From sequence record ON184125: a DNA stretch of 64,000 nt; one strand, written 5' to 3'. This DNA is from Escherichia phage PC3. This document shows positions 26,446 through 35,996 of the stretch, in pieces. Below the pieces are notes generated by a model. That model saw nothing but the letters and a program-made list of their open reading frames with translations. It had not been told where the DNA came from and made no database searches. The translations under genes and the position numbers were made by a program. Every line of letters starts with the position of its first letter. Positions within the stretch are counted from its first letter, which is position 1.

Positions 26446-26730
26446 ATGGCTGGCGTATGGTGTGATGTCTTGCTGGTTCGTTACAGCGTAAATGGGTGTG
26501 CCCAAGTGCGTTCCGCCTTCTATCCAGTACCGTTCTCCTCTGGTGGCCTGACGGTTCAGCGAGTTCTCGATATTGAGGCAGAACTGAACAAACGATCTTG
26601 GGGTGTGCGTGGTGTACAAGTCCTGGGGTACGATCTTCTGAACGAAATGTTGATCGATGAAGATCGTGTAGAAACGATTATTTCCCGGACAGACATGGAA
26701 TCATTCATCTCTAAAGGAAACACCCAATAA
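26446..26730 (+). CDS. Hypothetical protein (94 aa)
   Basis: ORF after GGAGG, abutting upstream stop. Confidence 0.4.
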   Translation: MAGVWCDVLLVRYSVNGCAQVRSAFYPVPFSSGGLTVQRVLDIEAELNKRSWGVRGVQVLGYDLLNEMLIDEDRVETIISRTDMESFISKGNTQ

Positions 26731-26820
26731 TTTCGCTTTATTCAATATGTTTTGTTAGGTAAGATGTAGTCCTCTTGTAGTGAACATGAAAGTAAACATT
26801 AACCCAACGGAGAAATCCAG

Positions 26821-27099
26821 ATGAATCGTACTGAATTTGTTGCCCACATTGCTTCGACCCAGAATATCACCAAAGGCGAAGCGGAGAAAGTAGTGGCATC
26901 CTTTATCGACGGTGTTAAAACTGCAGTTGCTGCAGGCGCATCTGTACAGCTGGTTGGCTTCGGTGCGTTCGAAGTGAAACACCAAGAAGCGCGTGAAGGT
27001 CGCAACCCTCTGAACGGCCAGACCATTCAGATCGCGGCGAAAAACGTTGTGAAATTCAAAGTGGGCGAAGGTCTGAAGAACGCTGCCAACGGCAAGTAA
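26821..27099 (+). CDS. HU/IHF-family DNA-binding protein
   Basis: 92 aa with HU hallmarks: MNRTEF..., GFGAFEV, REGRNPLNGQTIQI arm, KFKVG. Confidence 0.85.
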   Translation: MNRTEFVAHIASTQNITKGEAEKVVASFIDGVKTAVAAGASVQLVGFGAFEVKHQEAREGRNPLNGQTIQIAAKNVVKFKVGEGLKNAANGK

Positions 27100-27148
27100 T
27101 TCTATCTGACGCGCGGCCAGGCTCTGCAATCAGGGTATGGCAAAAGAG

Positions 27149-27182
27149 AAAGCCGGAGTACAATGCTCCGGCTTTTTCGTTC
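27149..27182 (+). terminator. Rho-independent terminator
   Basis: aaagccggag-tacaatg-ctccggcttt stem-loop followed by TTCGTTCTT. Confidence 0.8.
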
Positions 27183-27227
27183 TTGGGGATCGGGTAAACT
27201 ATAGGCGAATCCCATAGGAGGAAGAAA

Positions 27228-28946
27228 GTGACAGCATTCAACCAATATACCAAGGCGCTTGACGGCGTCGGACCAGTCAGCATAGACCGCATCAAGTCTC
27301 TTGCCACTGAGTTCTTCCCGTATGACACCGCCAACCCCGGCCAGATGGAATGCATCGTTGAAGCCATTGATGCCCTTGTGAATAAGAAATTCAAACACGT
27401 GATCATCGAGGCTCCGACTGGTGTAGGTAAATCCCTCATCGGCACTACCATCCATAACGTGCTTCGCCATTTGGTTCTTGAGCACAACCCGTATGGTCAG
27501 TTCCGCACGTCTATCACGACGCCGACCAAAGGTTTACAGGATCAGTATGCAGCAGAGAAAGCCGTGGCGATAGACATCCTGAAGGGCAAGAAGAACTATC
27601 GTTGCCACATCAGTCCCGACCTATACTACAACGCCATTCAGTGCCGTATGGCATGCCGTGATGGCCACTGTAGTAAGAATCGTTGCCCATATGTTCAGGC
27701 GCGTAGACAGTGGACCGACGTCTCCTCCCTGCGCTGCACCAACGCCGCCATGATGGTGGAGATGTGTACGACGATTTGTATGAAGCCGGAAAACCGTGCC
27801 GATATGCTGATCCTTGACGAGTGTCATAAGATGCCCTCTACGCTCCTAGAGCATACTATCATGGAATACAACATAAAGGCTGTGGAAGGGTTGCTTACGA
27901 TCCCCGAGGGAGTGCCTATCGTGGAGACCATCAAGGATATCATCATCCGCACAGAGAACTATGAATTGGGCAAGCTGTATTCCCTGTCTGGTGAGATGCA
28001 TGCGATATTTGATGAACTGCACGGCAAGGTTGAATCCCTGTTGGAAACTCTTGAGGAACTGGTAGAGGACGAGCGCCTGACTGAAGCCCAGGTGATGAAG
28101 CTGTCTGATATTATTGATACTCTTCACAACCTCAGCGACTACTGTGGTATCATGGGGCAGACCAACGCCAGCACTTTCATCGTGCAGGAGAAGGACAAGG
28201 GTATGATTCAGTTCAAGCCTGTCATCGCCTCTGATGTATCCCAGTTCGGCCTGTTCCGCAAGGGTGACTACCACGTTCACATGTCGGCTACCATTTGTGG
28301 GATTGACTCGTACGCCCGGTCACTGGGTATCCGCGAGGGTGAGTACCACAAGATACAGATCGGCAACCCTATCCCGATTGAGAACCGGAAAGTCAACTAC
28401 ATGCCCATCATGAAGATGACAGCGAACATGGGTGACTACGAGATGAAGAAGCTGGCTGAATACGTGGATGAAATTATCGCGTTCCACCCTGGGCAGTCTG
28501 GCATCATTCACACAGTCAGTTATGACCGCGCCCTGGCTCTACAAAAGTTCAGTAAGTACCGGAATATGATTCACGTTCCTCGTACTCGTAAGGCTCTGAT
28601 GGACATCATGGAACACGCGTTCAGGACGAAGACACCTTGTGTCATCGCCAGTCCGGCCATGGAAGAGGGGTATGACTTCAAAGGCGATTATAGTCGATTT
28701 CAGATCTTGATCAAGGTGCCATATGATTACCTTGGTGATCCTCTGGTGGCCCACGTCAACAGCGTGGACCCATCGGCGTACTTCAGGATGGCGGTACTGC
28801 GTATCGTTCAGATGTGTGGGCGTTCGGTCAGGGGTGTGAATGACTGGGCTGCGACGTACATCCTTGATTCTTCTTTTGAATCACTGATGATGCGCAACCC
28901 AGAGTTCTTCCCCGCTTGGTTCACTGATGCCGTGTTTGAGGTTTAG
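27228..28946 (+). CDS. DinG/Rad3-family (XPD-like) Fe-S helicase
   Basis: Walker A EAPTGVGKS, DECH box, four-cysteine cluster CRMACRDGHCSKNRC between them; GTG start after GGAGGA. Confidence 0.6.
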   Translation: MTAFNQYTKALDGVGPVSIDRIKSLATEFFPYDTANPGQMECIVEAIDALVNKKFKHVIIEAPTGVGKSLIGTTIHNVLRHLVLEHNPYGQFRTSITTPTKGLQDQYAAEKAVAIDILKGKKNYRCHISPDLYYNAIQCRMACRDGHCSKNRCPYVQARRQWTDVSSLRCTNAAMMVEMCTTICMKPENRADMLILDECHKMPSTLLEHTIMEYNIKAVEGLLTIPEGVPIVETIKDIIIRTENYELGKLYSLSGEMHAIFDELHGKVESLLETLEELVEDERLTEAQVMKLSDIIDTLHNLSDYCGIMGQTNASTFIVQEKDKGMIQFKPVIASDVSQFGLFRKGDYHVHMSATICGIDSYARSLGIREGEYHKIQIGNPIPIENRKVNYMPIMKMTANMGDYEMKKLAEYVDEIIAFHPGQSGIIHTVSYDRALALQKFSKYRNMIHVPRTRKALMDIMEHAFRTKTPCVIASPAMEEGYDFKGDYSRFQILIKVPYDYLGDPLVAHVNSVDPSAYFRMAVLRIVQMCGRSVRGVNDWAATYILDSSFESLMMRNPEFFPAWFTDAVFEV

Positions 28947-29710
28947 TAACCCGCAACGAAGGACAGATGGCACTTGACATTCGGTTCCAACGACGTCACA
29001 GAAACCGTCATATTGTCCGTATCTTGGCTGAAGTCAATGGTGGCGAGAGGTTTGGTCTGAATATGGTTGTAGACACTGTAGATCAGATCCTCGCCACGAT
29101 ACCCTACCTTCCCGTCGGTGTCTTGCCAATGACCCAGTGTCTCATCGTAGACATGCACTCTGAACTCGATCATATGGAAGAGTGCCTTGGGGATGTCCTT
29201 GAGTACGCTGGTGCCAACCACGGGAATTTCTATGCTGGAATTATTGGAGTTCCCTTCATAGACCGAAGCCCATGCAAAGGTAGGATCACCCCCAGCAACA
29301 GGGGTTCGCTTCCAGTATTGGAATTCTGGGTTGCCCGAAGCGTTCTTCTGAAGTAGAATGACCTCACCACCTTTGAAGTTCGAGGTATCGATGTCGCCTC
29401 GCTGAAGTTCATCTGCTGGAGATCCAATAAATTTCCAGCCTTCGCGATCCAGTAAAGACTTATAATAGTCGGTGAACACGTTGCTGTCTTCTGCATCGTT
29501 GATGGCATCTTTGAGACCTTGGCCTGTCACCATCTCGTTGAGCTTCAACCACATGTTCTTGACAGCAGAAGCTGCTGCGACTTGTCCAGCAGTCCCACCT
29601 GCAGCATAATCATAGATGATATCTTCTGACTTGATAGCATCATAGATAGAGAGGAGCAATTGCTCAATCTGCGGGGCGGTGAGACTGAAACGATATGCGC
29701 GGGGTGCCAT
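28943..29710 (-). CDS. Hypothetical protein (255 aa), likely late/structural
   Basis: Minus ORF 28943-29869 trimmed to internal ATG with GAGG SD; TATAAATA late-promoter-like box about 36 nt upstream. Confidence 0.45.
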   Translation of the reverse strand: MAPRAYRFSLTAPQIEQLLLSIYDAIKSEDIIYDYAAGGTAGQVAAASAVKNMWLKLNEMVTGQGLKDAINDAEDSNVFTDYYKSLLDREGWKFIGSPADELQRGDIDTSNFKGGEVILLQKNASGNPEFQYWKRTPVAGGDPTFAWASVYEGNSNNSSIEIPVVGTSVLKDIPKALFHMIEFRVHVYDETLGHWQDTDGKVGYRGEDLIYSVYNHIQTKPLATIDFSQDTDNMTVSVTSLEPNVKCHLSFVAGY

Positions 29711-29745
29711 AGTTTCATTCCTCTTTCTATAAAACCAGTTTGGGA

Positions 29746-29753
29746 TATTTATA
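29746..29753 (-). promoter_or_regulatory. T4-type late promoter-like box TATAAATA (minus strand)
   Basis: Exact TATAAATA on minus strand upstream of minus gene start at 29710; a gp55-like late sigma is encoded in the window. Confidence 0.4.
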
Positions 29754-29755
29754 TC

Positions 29756-30283
29756 ATGATAGAAATTTATTCTGACGGGGGTTCTAACCCGAAGACCAAC
29801 CAGGCCGCAGGATGGGCATTTGTCATCAGGCCAATAACGGGTATGCAATGGAAGGTGTTCTTCGGTCATCTACCTCCCCCGTCCACTAACAATATCGCCG
29901 AGTTGTTGGGTGTGACCAACGCATTGAAGCTACTGTGGGCATTCTCAGGAAAGGGTGAGCGCAGAATACCAAAGGCAACAATTTGGTCTGACAGCCAATA
30001 TGCTATCAAGAGCGTCACCGAATGGCGAGCGAAGTGGGAGTATCAGGGTTTCCCAGAAAAGAACGTTGAACTCATCAAAGATCTGTTCAGAATCTATGAT
30101 CTCGTTTGTTCAATTTGTGATGTTGAACTAAAATGGGTTAAGGGTCATGCGGGGCACGAAGGCAACGAACTTGCCGATGACTGGGCCACAGCAGCCAAAA
30201 ACGACAGCAACTTCCTGATTGAGAATGACAAGATCTCGGTGAAGAAGGTTGTTGGATCTTTTGATGAATTTATCGGTATCTGA
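29756..30283 (+). CDS. rnh: Ribonuclease H (RNase HI-like)
   Basis: MIEIYSDGGS ... NNIAELLGV ... WSDSQYAI ... KGHAGHEGNELADDWA catalytic signature; ORF 29660-30283 trimmed. Confidence 0.8.
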   Translation: MIEIYSDGGSNPKTNQAAGWAFVIRPITGMQWKVFFGHLPPPSTNNIAELLGVTNALKLLWAFSGKGERRIPKATIWSDSQYAIKSVTEWRAKWEYQGFPEKNVELIKDLFRIYDLVCSICDVELKWVKGHAGHEGNELADDWATAAKNDSNFLIENDKISVKKVVGSFDEFIGI

Positions 30284-30294
30284 GGGATTTCATA

Positions 30295-31086
30295 ATGGGA
30301 ATGAACTTCGTGGACAGAGGGGAGAATGTCGTCAAATATTTCACAGACGAAGATAACGAGCGTGTCATCAGTATCCTTCGTGATTGGATCCCTGCTCGTA
30401 AGAAGGCTCTGGCTGAAGGCACCAGGCTTCCAAAGATCCCCAACTATGTTGCTCTACAGGTCCAGCGCATCATCACCAAGATGAGCACCCGCTACAACTA
30501 TCGCGACTATCCCTTCCGTGAAGACATGGTCTCTGAAGCAATAGTCAACATCTTGCGCTACCTCCACACATTTGACGTCGAACACATTGGAAAGAAAGGG
30601 AAGATCAACTTCTTCTCTTGGGTGACCATGTGTGCTGATCGATCATTCGCTCGTAAACTGAATATCGAAGAAGAGCACACGTACATTAAATTGCGCTCAT
30701 TTGAAGAGGCGGGTGGGTTCGCAGGCCTGGCAGACGATCCCGACTTCCAACAAGAGGTCTTTGTTGATGCTACAGGAATTGGCATGGACTTCCGTGAACG
30801 TATCGGCAACTTTGAGAACAAAAAGGACGCTCAAAGGCAGAAGGAACGAGAGAAGGTGGAGGCAGCTCGTCTCGCAGAATCGAATAAAAAGATTGCGAAA
30901 GGCATACTTCAATACATGGCGCAGGCTAAGAATACGGTAACAGCGCAGGCCGAAGACAATTCAGATCAGGACTTCGGCAAAACCCAATTCAATCTGGAAG
31001 ATGATATCTGTGCGATGGAACCAGATTGGGAAGCCCTCAAACAAAGATTAGAAGAACGGGAGAAAAAGAACAATGGCGATTGCTAA
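30295..31086 (+). CDS. 55: Late-transcription sigma factor (gp55-like) with C-terminal charged extension
   Basis: N-terminal 150 aa collinear with T4 gp55 (DW.., ..FD.., NFFSWVTMCADRSFARK vs NPHAYITQACFNAFVQR). Confidence 0.7.
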   Translation: MGMNFVDRGENVVKYFTDEDNERVISILRDWIPARKKALAEGTRLPKIPNYVALQVQRIITKMSTRYNYRDYPFREDMVSEAIVNILRYLHTFDVEHIGKKGKINFFSWVTMCADRSFARKLNIEEEHTYIKLRSFEEAGGFAGLADDPDFQQEVFVDATGIGMDFRERIGNFENKKDAQRQKEREKVEAARLAESNKKIAKGILQYMAQAKNTVTAQAEDNSDQDFGKTQFNLEDDICAMEPDWEALKQRLEEREKKNNGDC

Positions 31087-32188
31087 AATTGGCGATCTGC
31101 ATATCGGGAGCCGTAATGGTTCTCGATACGTTCGCGACTTCATCAAGAACTATCTCATCAATTATTTCATTCCTGAACTTGCCGACTCTGATATCAAAGA
31201 GGTCTGGCAGTTCGGTGATATGTTTGATGTCCGCAAATTCATGTACGGTCGTGACAAAGACTGGCTGAAGGATGAACTCACCCCTGCATTGAAAGCGGCT
31301 GGTATCAAGTGGAATGGCATCGTGGGTAACCATGACATCACCCTGGAAGAGTCCAACCGCATCAACTGGCCATCCTACCTGAACGAACTCGACCCGGATG
31401 TGTACTGCTATTACAGCGAACCGACCGAAGTGATGATCGAGGGTGTCAAGACTCTGCTGCTGCCTTGGATCAACAAGGAGAACTATGATGCGTCTATTAA
31501 AGCGATACAAGATACAGACGCCGAGTACTGTTTTGCGCATCTGGAGCTGGCGGGGTTCAAAATGTACCAGTCTTCTACTTGTGATCACGGTCAGATCGAC
31601 GTTGCTCTGCTTTCCAAGTTTACCAGGGTCGACACGGGCCATTTCCATACCCGTTCGATGGAAGGTAACATTCAATATATTGGGACTCCATATCACCTGA
31701 ACTGGGAAGACTACAAAGACGGCACTAACCGTGGCTTCTATGTGGACGACATGCGTGGTGGTGAGATCTTTATCCCGAACGCCGAGCACCAGACGCTGTT
31801 CCGCTATGTGGAATATGATTACACCAAGTTGTCCTCTGATGAAGAAGGTAATTGGATCGACCCGGAATGGCTGAACACAGGCTTGGGTATTGAAGGGCAA
31901 ATTGTTAAGGTTATTGTACAGAACCGTGACAATGCTAAGCATTATGAAAAGTTCTGTGATGCGATGAAGCGATGCAAGTGTATTGACTACAACTTCATCG
32001 ACCGGACGATTACTGTTGCTGCCGAGAAGGTTGAGGTCACCGAAGAGATGGTGGCGACCGATGCGGTGGAAGTCCTGAAGAAGGATATCCGCGCCGGGAA
32101 CAACATTCAGCGCCCCGACAACGTCTGTAAACTGGCAGAGCACTTCTATAATGCTGCCCAACAACGCCTGAACAAACTGGATGCATAA
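31073..32188 (+). CDS. 47: Recombination endonuclease subunit (gp47-like, Mre11/SbcD family)
   Basis: Phosphoesterase motifs GDLHIG, GDMFD, GNHD, GHFH; collinear with T4 gp47. Confidence 0.85.
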   Translation: MAIAKIGDLHIGSRNGSRYVRDFIKNYLINYFIPELADSDIKEVWQFGDMFDVRKFMYGRDKDWLKDELTPALKAAGIKWNGIVGNHDITLEESNRINWPSYLNELDPDVYCYYSEPTEVMIEGVKTLLLPWINKENYDASIKAIQDTDAEYCFAHLELAGFKMYQSSTCDHGQIDVALLSKFTRVDTGHFHTRSMEGNIQYIGTPYHLNWEDYKDGTNRGFYVDDMRGGEIFIPNAEHQTLFRYVEYDYTKLSSDEEGNWIDPEWLNTGLGIEGQIVKVIVQNRDNAKHYEKFCDAMKRCKCIDYNFIDRTITVAAEKVEVTEEMVATDAVEVLKKDIRAGNNIQRPDNVCKLAEHFYNAAQQRLNKLDA

Positions 32189-34526
32189 CATGACTCAGAG
32201 CACAGATATCTTGACCAAATTTGGTAATCTTTTGAAGGAAGCCGACGCCCCGGTCGAGGTTGAAGTCCCATTTGAAGTGCGTAACGTTGTTACACACAAA
32301 CTGACCTTCCGCAAAGGCCGCGCCAAGAACTTCCGCTCCATCGGCAATCAGTTCATGGAGATTGATTATCAGCGCAACCCGGCCACCCTTGTCACGTCTG
32401 ATGACAACGGCGCGGGTAAATCCACGATGCTGGTATGGCTGCTGTTTTTCGTACTGTACAACGACACATACAGCAAGAAGGAGAAGAAGGCAGGCCTGGT
32501 TAACTCACAGAGCCGCAAGGAATGTGTGGGTGAGGTGGAGTTTGCCTGCCGTGGTAGCGAATGGAAGGTTCGCCGGGGTATCAAGCCCGACTTTGTTGAA
32601 GTCTACCAGATGGTGGACGGCAAGTGGTTGCAGATCGATAACGAAGCAGCCAAAGCCGACATGAACAAGTACATCGTGAACCTCATCGGTGTAGACCAGA
32701 AGATGTTTGAGAACTCTCTGGTGTTAGGTAAAGAGAAGTTCATTCCGTTCACGGAGATGTACACAGCCGACCGCCGCGCCATGGTGGAGACTATCTGGGA
32801 CTTGGGCTTCTTCAGCCTGATGAACGAAGATGTCAAGGCCGCCATCAAAAGGACAAATGCAACTCTGGACTCTATATCTAACGAATGCGCACTGAAGGTT
32901 GTTGACCACACCAACAAGAAGACGCAGCTTCAGCAGATCGAGCAATCCAACGCCCTGATCCAACAGCAGTCGGCCGATATCCTTGTACAGCAACAGGAAG
33001 CCCTGAATTCCCTGGATGCTGACATTGCCGCGCAGAATGAGGAGCGCACCCGCCTCACGGCTGTGGAGTTTGAAGCCACCCAGGAAATGAAGACGGTGGA
33101 AAGCCGCCTGCATGATGAATCCATGGTAGAGATCGAGGCTGTCAAGAAAGACTTTGATGCCAAGATCCAGGCGGTGAAGGATGCCGCGCAGGACAAGGCT
33201 GACGATTATGAGCGCATCGAAGTGTCTACTGCGGAGCATGATCTTCAGGTCTTGCGTGACCGCGCCTTTACAGTGGCCGAACGCAAGAACACCCTGCTCA
33301 CCGAGCGCAACACAAACCTGGACACCCTGAACGCTGCTATTCAGCGCCGCCAGCAGGGTGAGAACTTCCGTATCAAGTTCCAGACTGAAATGGAGGGGCA
33401 TCAGTCGGCCATCAAGCGCTTCCACGACATGGGGACTTGCCCAACATGTACCCAACTGGTGTCCGACGATACCAAGGCGCGCATTGAAAGCGAGTACAAT
33501 CCTCGGATTCAGGATCTACAGGCGAAGCTGGACCAGCTGGATAAAGTCACCGCCGAAGTCACTGTGTTGATCGATGACCACAAAGCCCAGGACGACAAGC
33601 TGGTTGCTGACATTGCTGTGTTGGATGCTGAACTGGATGCAATGCGCAAGCAGGCCGACGAAATCGTTGACAACATCAAGCAGCTGCGCCGTGATATTCA
33701 AGGTTTTCATGATGCTGCCACGATTGAGTGTAATTCGCTGAACCGTGAATGCCAACAGAAGATCCTTGACATCCGTAAGGCACTGAACGTTCGTTTTGAA
33801 GACATCACTGCTTCGCTGCAACAGACGCGAGAGAACGCCGTCAGCGGGATTAAAGCCGTCGATGATAAGATCGCCGAGCTGAAAGCCCGTCGTGCTCCTC
33901 TCGTGGCGTCTATTGCCGATCTAGAGCGTAAACTGGCTGTACAGTCAACACCTACCACCGACCTAGAGAACTCTATCGCTGCGTTGGAGGGTGAACTGGA
34001 GGATCTATACCAGCGCCGCGAGGATGCCGACCAGGAACTCCAGGACTTACAACACCTGCTGTTCTTCTTGAAAGATGACCAGACCAAGGCGCGTATCATC
34101 GCCCTGTATCTGCCATTCCTCAATAGCAAGATCAACGAGTATCTTGAAGCCCTCAACATGTTCTTGGACATCGTTGTTGACGATACCTTTGAGATCACCA
34201 TGAGCGCAGCAGGCCGCAAAGGACAGAGTATCTTCTCCCTGTCTACTGGTCAGCGCAGTCGTCTGAACCTGGCTGTGACATTAGCTCTGCGCGATGTGGC
34301 TAACCTCAAGGCGTCTGTACAATGTAACCTGTTCGTGTTGGACGAGATCCTTGAGAACATGAGCGAGCGCGGGGTGCAGGAATCTGTTGAGATGTTGAAG
34401 CATAAGTTCGGTGGGAACAACCTGTTTGTCATCAGTCAGCGTGAGCAGGAGTTCCAGGAATACTTCCAACACAACATTCGCTACGGTCTGCGAAACGGCC
34501 TGACTGAAGTTATCAAGAAGGATTGA
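32181..34526 (+). CDS. 46: Recombination endonuclease subunit (gp46-like, Rad50/SbcC family)
   Basis: N-terminal Walker A NDNGAGKST, long coiled-coil centre with CPTC zinc hook-like motif, C-terminal Walker B FVLDE. Confidence 0.85.
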   Translation: MHNMTQSTDILTKFGNLLKEADAPVEVEVPFEVRNVVTHKLTFRKGRAKNFRSIGNQFMEIDYQRNPATLVTSDDNGAGKSTMLVWLLFFVLYNDTYSKKEKKAGLVNSQSRKECVGEVEFACRGSEWKVRRGIKPDFVEVYQMVDGKWLQIDNEAAKADMNKYIVNLIGVDQKMFENSLVLGKEKFIPFTEMYTADRRAMVETIWDLGFFSLMNEDVKAAIKRTNATLDSISNECALKVVDHTNKKTQLQQIEQSNALIQQQSADILVQQQEALNSLDADIAAQNEERTRLTAVEFEATQEMKTVESRLHDESMVEIEAVKKDFDAKIQAVKDAAQDKADDYERIEVSTAEHDLQVLRDRAFTVAERKNTLLTERNTNLDTLNAAIQRRQQGENFRIKFQTEMEGHQSAIKRFHDMGTCPTCTQLVSDDTKARIESEYNPRIQDLQAKLDQLDKVTAEVTVLIDDHKAQDDKLVADIAVLDAELDAMRKQADEIVDNIKQLRRDIQGFHDAATIECNSLNRECQQKILDIRKALNVRFEDITASLQQTRENAVSGIKAVDDKIAELKARRAPLVASIADLERKLAVQSTPTTDLENSIAALEGELEDLYQRREDADQELQDLQHLLFFLKDDQTKARIIALYLPFLNSKINEYLEALNMFLDIVVDDTFEITMSAAGRKGQSIFSLSTGQRSRLNLAVTLALRDVANLKASVQCNLFVLDEILENMSERGVQESVEMLKHKFGGNNLFVISQREQEFQEYFQHNIRYGLRNGLTEVIKKD

Positions 34527-34528
34527 TC

Positions 34529-34693
34529 ATGAACTACGAACAAATTAAACTCGCAATCCTGGTCTTTGCATGCATCATTGACATCGTTTCGTTTTCTCGT
34601 GAAGTCGAAAGGAAAAACTACCTGAAAGCACTGGGGTATCTCGGGTTCTCTGTCTGGTTCTGTTATCTACTTGCAGGTCAGATCCTGAAATGA
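34529..34693 (+). CDS. Possible small membrane protein (54 aa)
   Basis: Unlisted short ORF MNYEQIKLAILVFACIIDIVSF...; overlaps flanking genes; coordinates approximate. Confidence 0.2.
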   Translation: MNYEQIKLAILVFACIIDIVSFSREVERKNYLKALGYLGFSVWFCYLLAGQILK

Positions 34694-35019
34694 AAGTCGT
34701 CCACTTCAAGAAGGAGCCATATGACGTCTACATTGGTCGGCCTGGTAAATGGGGGAACCCGTTTGAGGTCAAAGACCATGGACGAAGCGTCTGTATCGAA
34801 CTGTTTGAGGACGACCTGTATGTGCGCCTGATTGAAGGGGATATCACTGAGGATGAACTCCTTGATCTTGACGGGAAGGTATTGGGGTGCTGGTGTAAGC
34901 CGCGCCCCTGCCACGGAGATGTTTACGTCAAAGTCGTCGGGCGTATTAAACTATTCCGCAAGCTGGGTAAATCCTTTACTGAACATCTGAGACAAACGTA
35001 TGTCAGAAAACAAAGATGA
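34690..35019 (+). CDS. DUF4326-like protein
   Basis: YIGRPGKWGNPF ... GCWCKPRPCHGDV pattern as recalled for DUF4326. Confidence 0.45.
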   Translation: MKVVHFKKEPYDVYIGRPGKWGNPFEVKDHGRSVCIELFEDDLYVRLIEGDITEDELLDLDGKVLGCWCKPRPCHGDVYVKVVGRIKLFRKLGKSFTEHLRQTYVRKQR

Positions 35020-35284
35020 AATTCAGGAATCCTGTGACATTGCTGTGGAGATATGGAATCGCAGGAATCCTCATTACCAAGTGACCGTCACTCCGAATCG
35101 TTATCTTGAGCAGGGTGGTCTGATTGTGGTTGATGCTGTACTCGCTTTCAACAAGTACCAAGATATGCAGATCCTGGACGGCAACTTTACCGTCGCGACC
35201 AAGACGGCATGGGATGACCCTCTACAGTTTGTCTATGGCTGGCTGGAGTGTATCGAGGAATCCTACCACCTCATCTACGAATGA
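35000..35284 (+). CDS. Hypothetical protein (94 aa)
   Basis: ORF overlapping upstream gene by 20 nt; followed by terminator. Confidence 0.4.
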   Translation: MSENKDEIQESCDIAVEIWNRRNPHYQVTVTPNRYLEQGGLIVVDAVLAFNKYQDMQILDGNFTVATKTAWDDPLQFVYGWLECIEESYHLIYE

Positions 35285-35289
35285 GGCTG

Positions 35290-35324
35290 AAGGGCACTAA
35301 ATATCACGTGCCCTTTATCTTTTA
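35290..35324 (+). terminator. Rho-independent terminator
   Basis: aagggcac-taaatatca-cgtgccctt stem-loop followed by TATCTTTT. Confidence 0.65.
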
Positions 35325-35381
35325 ACCCCTGTCAGGAGGCTCAAGCGAGCTGCAAGTCGACAAAACATAAGGAACGCCATC

Positions 35382-35996
35382 ATGACGATGACAACGTTGA
35401 AGGCCATGGCCTTGTCCGTGACCTTTACCATTGCCAGCGGGAATGTGCACGCTTCCCAAAGTACCACCCAATGTGATTATAATTTCTCCGAGCAACAACT
35501 TAATACGATGGCAACCGCCTATCACGTAGGCAAGACACAAGATCTTGGCTACACTCTGGCCGCCATATCTTGGCGTGAGAGCCGCGCTGGCGAAGATGTA
35601 GTGTCAATGCGATACGGCCTCAAGGCGGCCAACATGGGAGCCTTTCAGAACAAGGTGAAGACAGTTGGTGATCGCGAAGGTTGTAAGAATCGCAAGTGCT
35701 ATGCCAATGTCGCTATAAAGTTGCTGACCGACCAAGAATATGCCGCGCAAGCCGCCCTCGATGAGATGCAGTTCTGGCTGACCTATCACAATCAGAATAT
35801 CCGCAAATCCCTCTCCTCTTACAATGCTGGCTTCGCCCGTAATCCTGCATCGAACGCTTATGCTGCCGACGTCGTGAAGAAAGCTAAATATCTTCAGAAA
35901 TGTGTGTCCTTCGAAGGCCGGACCATCTCCGAGGTAGATCCTCAGGTGATCGCCATGAACAAGCACACAATAGAGAAACTGAAGAGGACAAGATAA
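35382..35996 (+). CDS. Secreted protein (signal peptide), unknown function
   Basis: MTMTTLKAMALSVTFTIASGNVHASQ signal-peptide-like N-terminus; AAGGA SD. Confidence 0.5.
   Translation: MTMTTLKAMALSVTFTIASGNVHASQSTTQCDYNFSEQQLNTMATAYHVGKTQDLGYTLAAISWRESRAGEDVVSMRYGLKAANMGAFQNKVKTVGDREGCKNRKCYANVAIKLLTDQEYAAQAALDEMQFWLTYHNQNIRKSLSSYNAGFARNPASNAYAADVVKKAKYLQKCVSFEGRTISEVDPQVIAMNKHTIEKLKRTR

Noticed and set aside
31037-32191. 384-aa minus-strand ORF opposite gene 47
   Set aside because: Antisense to a gene with strong homology (gp47); shadow ORF
32724-34219. Minus-strand ORFs (243 and 170 aa) opposite gene 46
   Set aside because: Antisense to the Rad50-like gene; Arg/Ser/Cys-rich low-complexity translations
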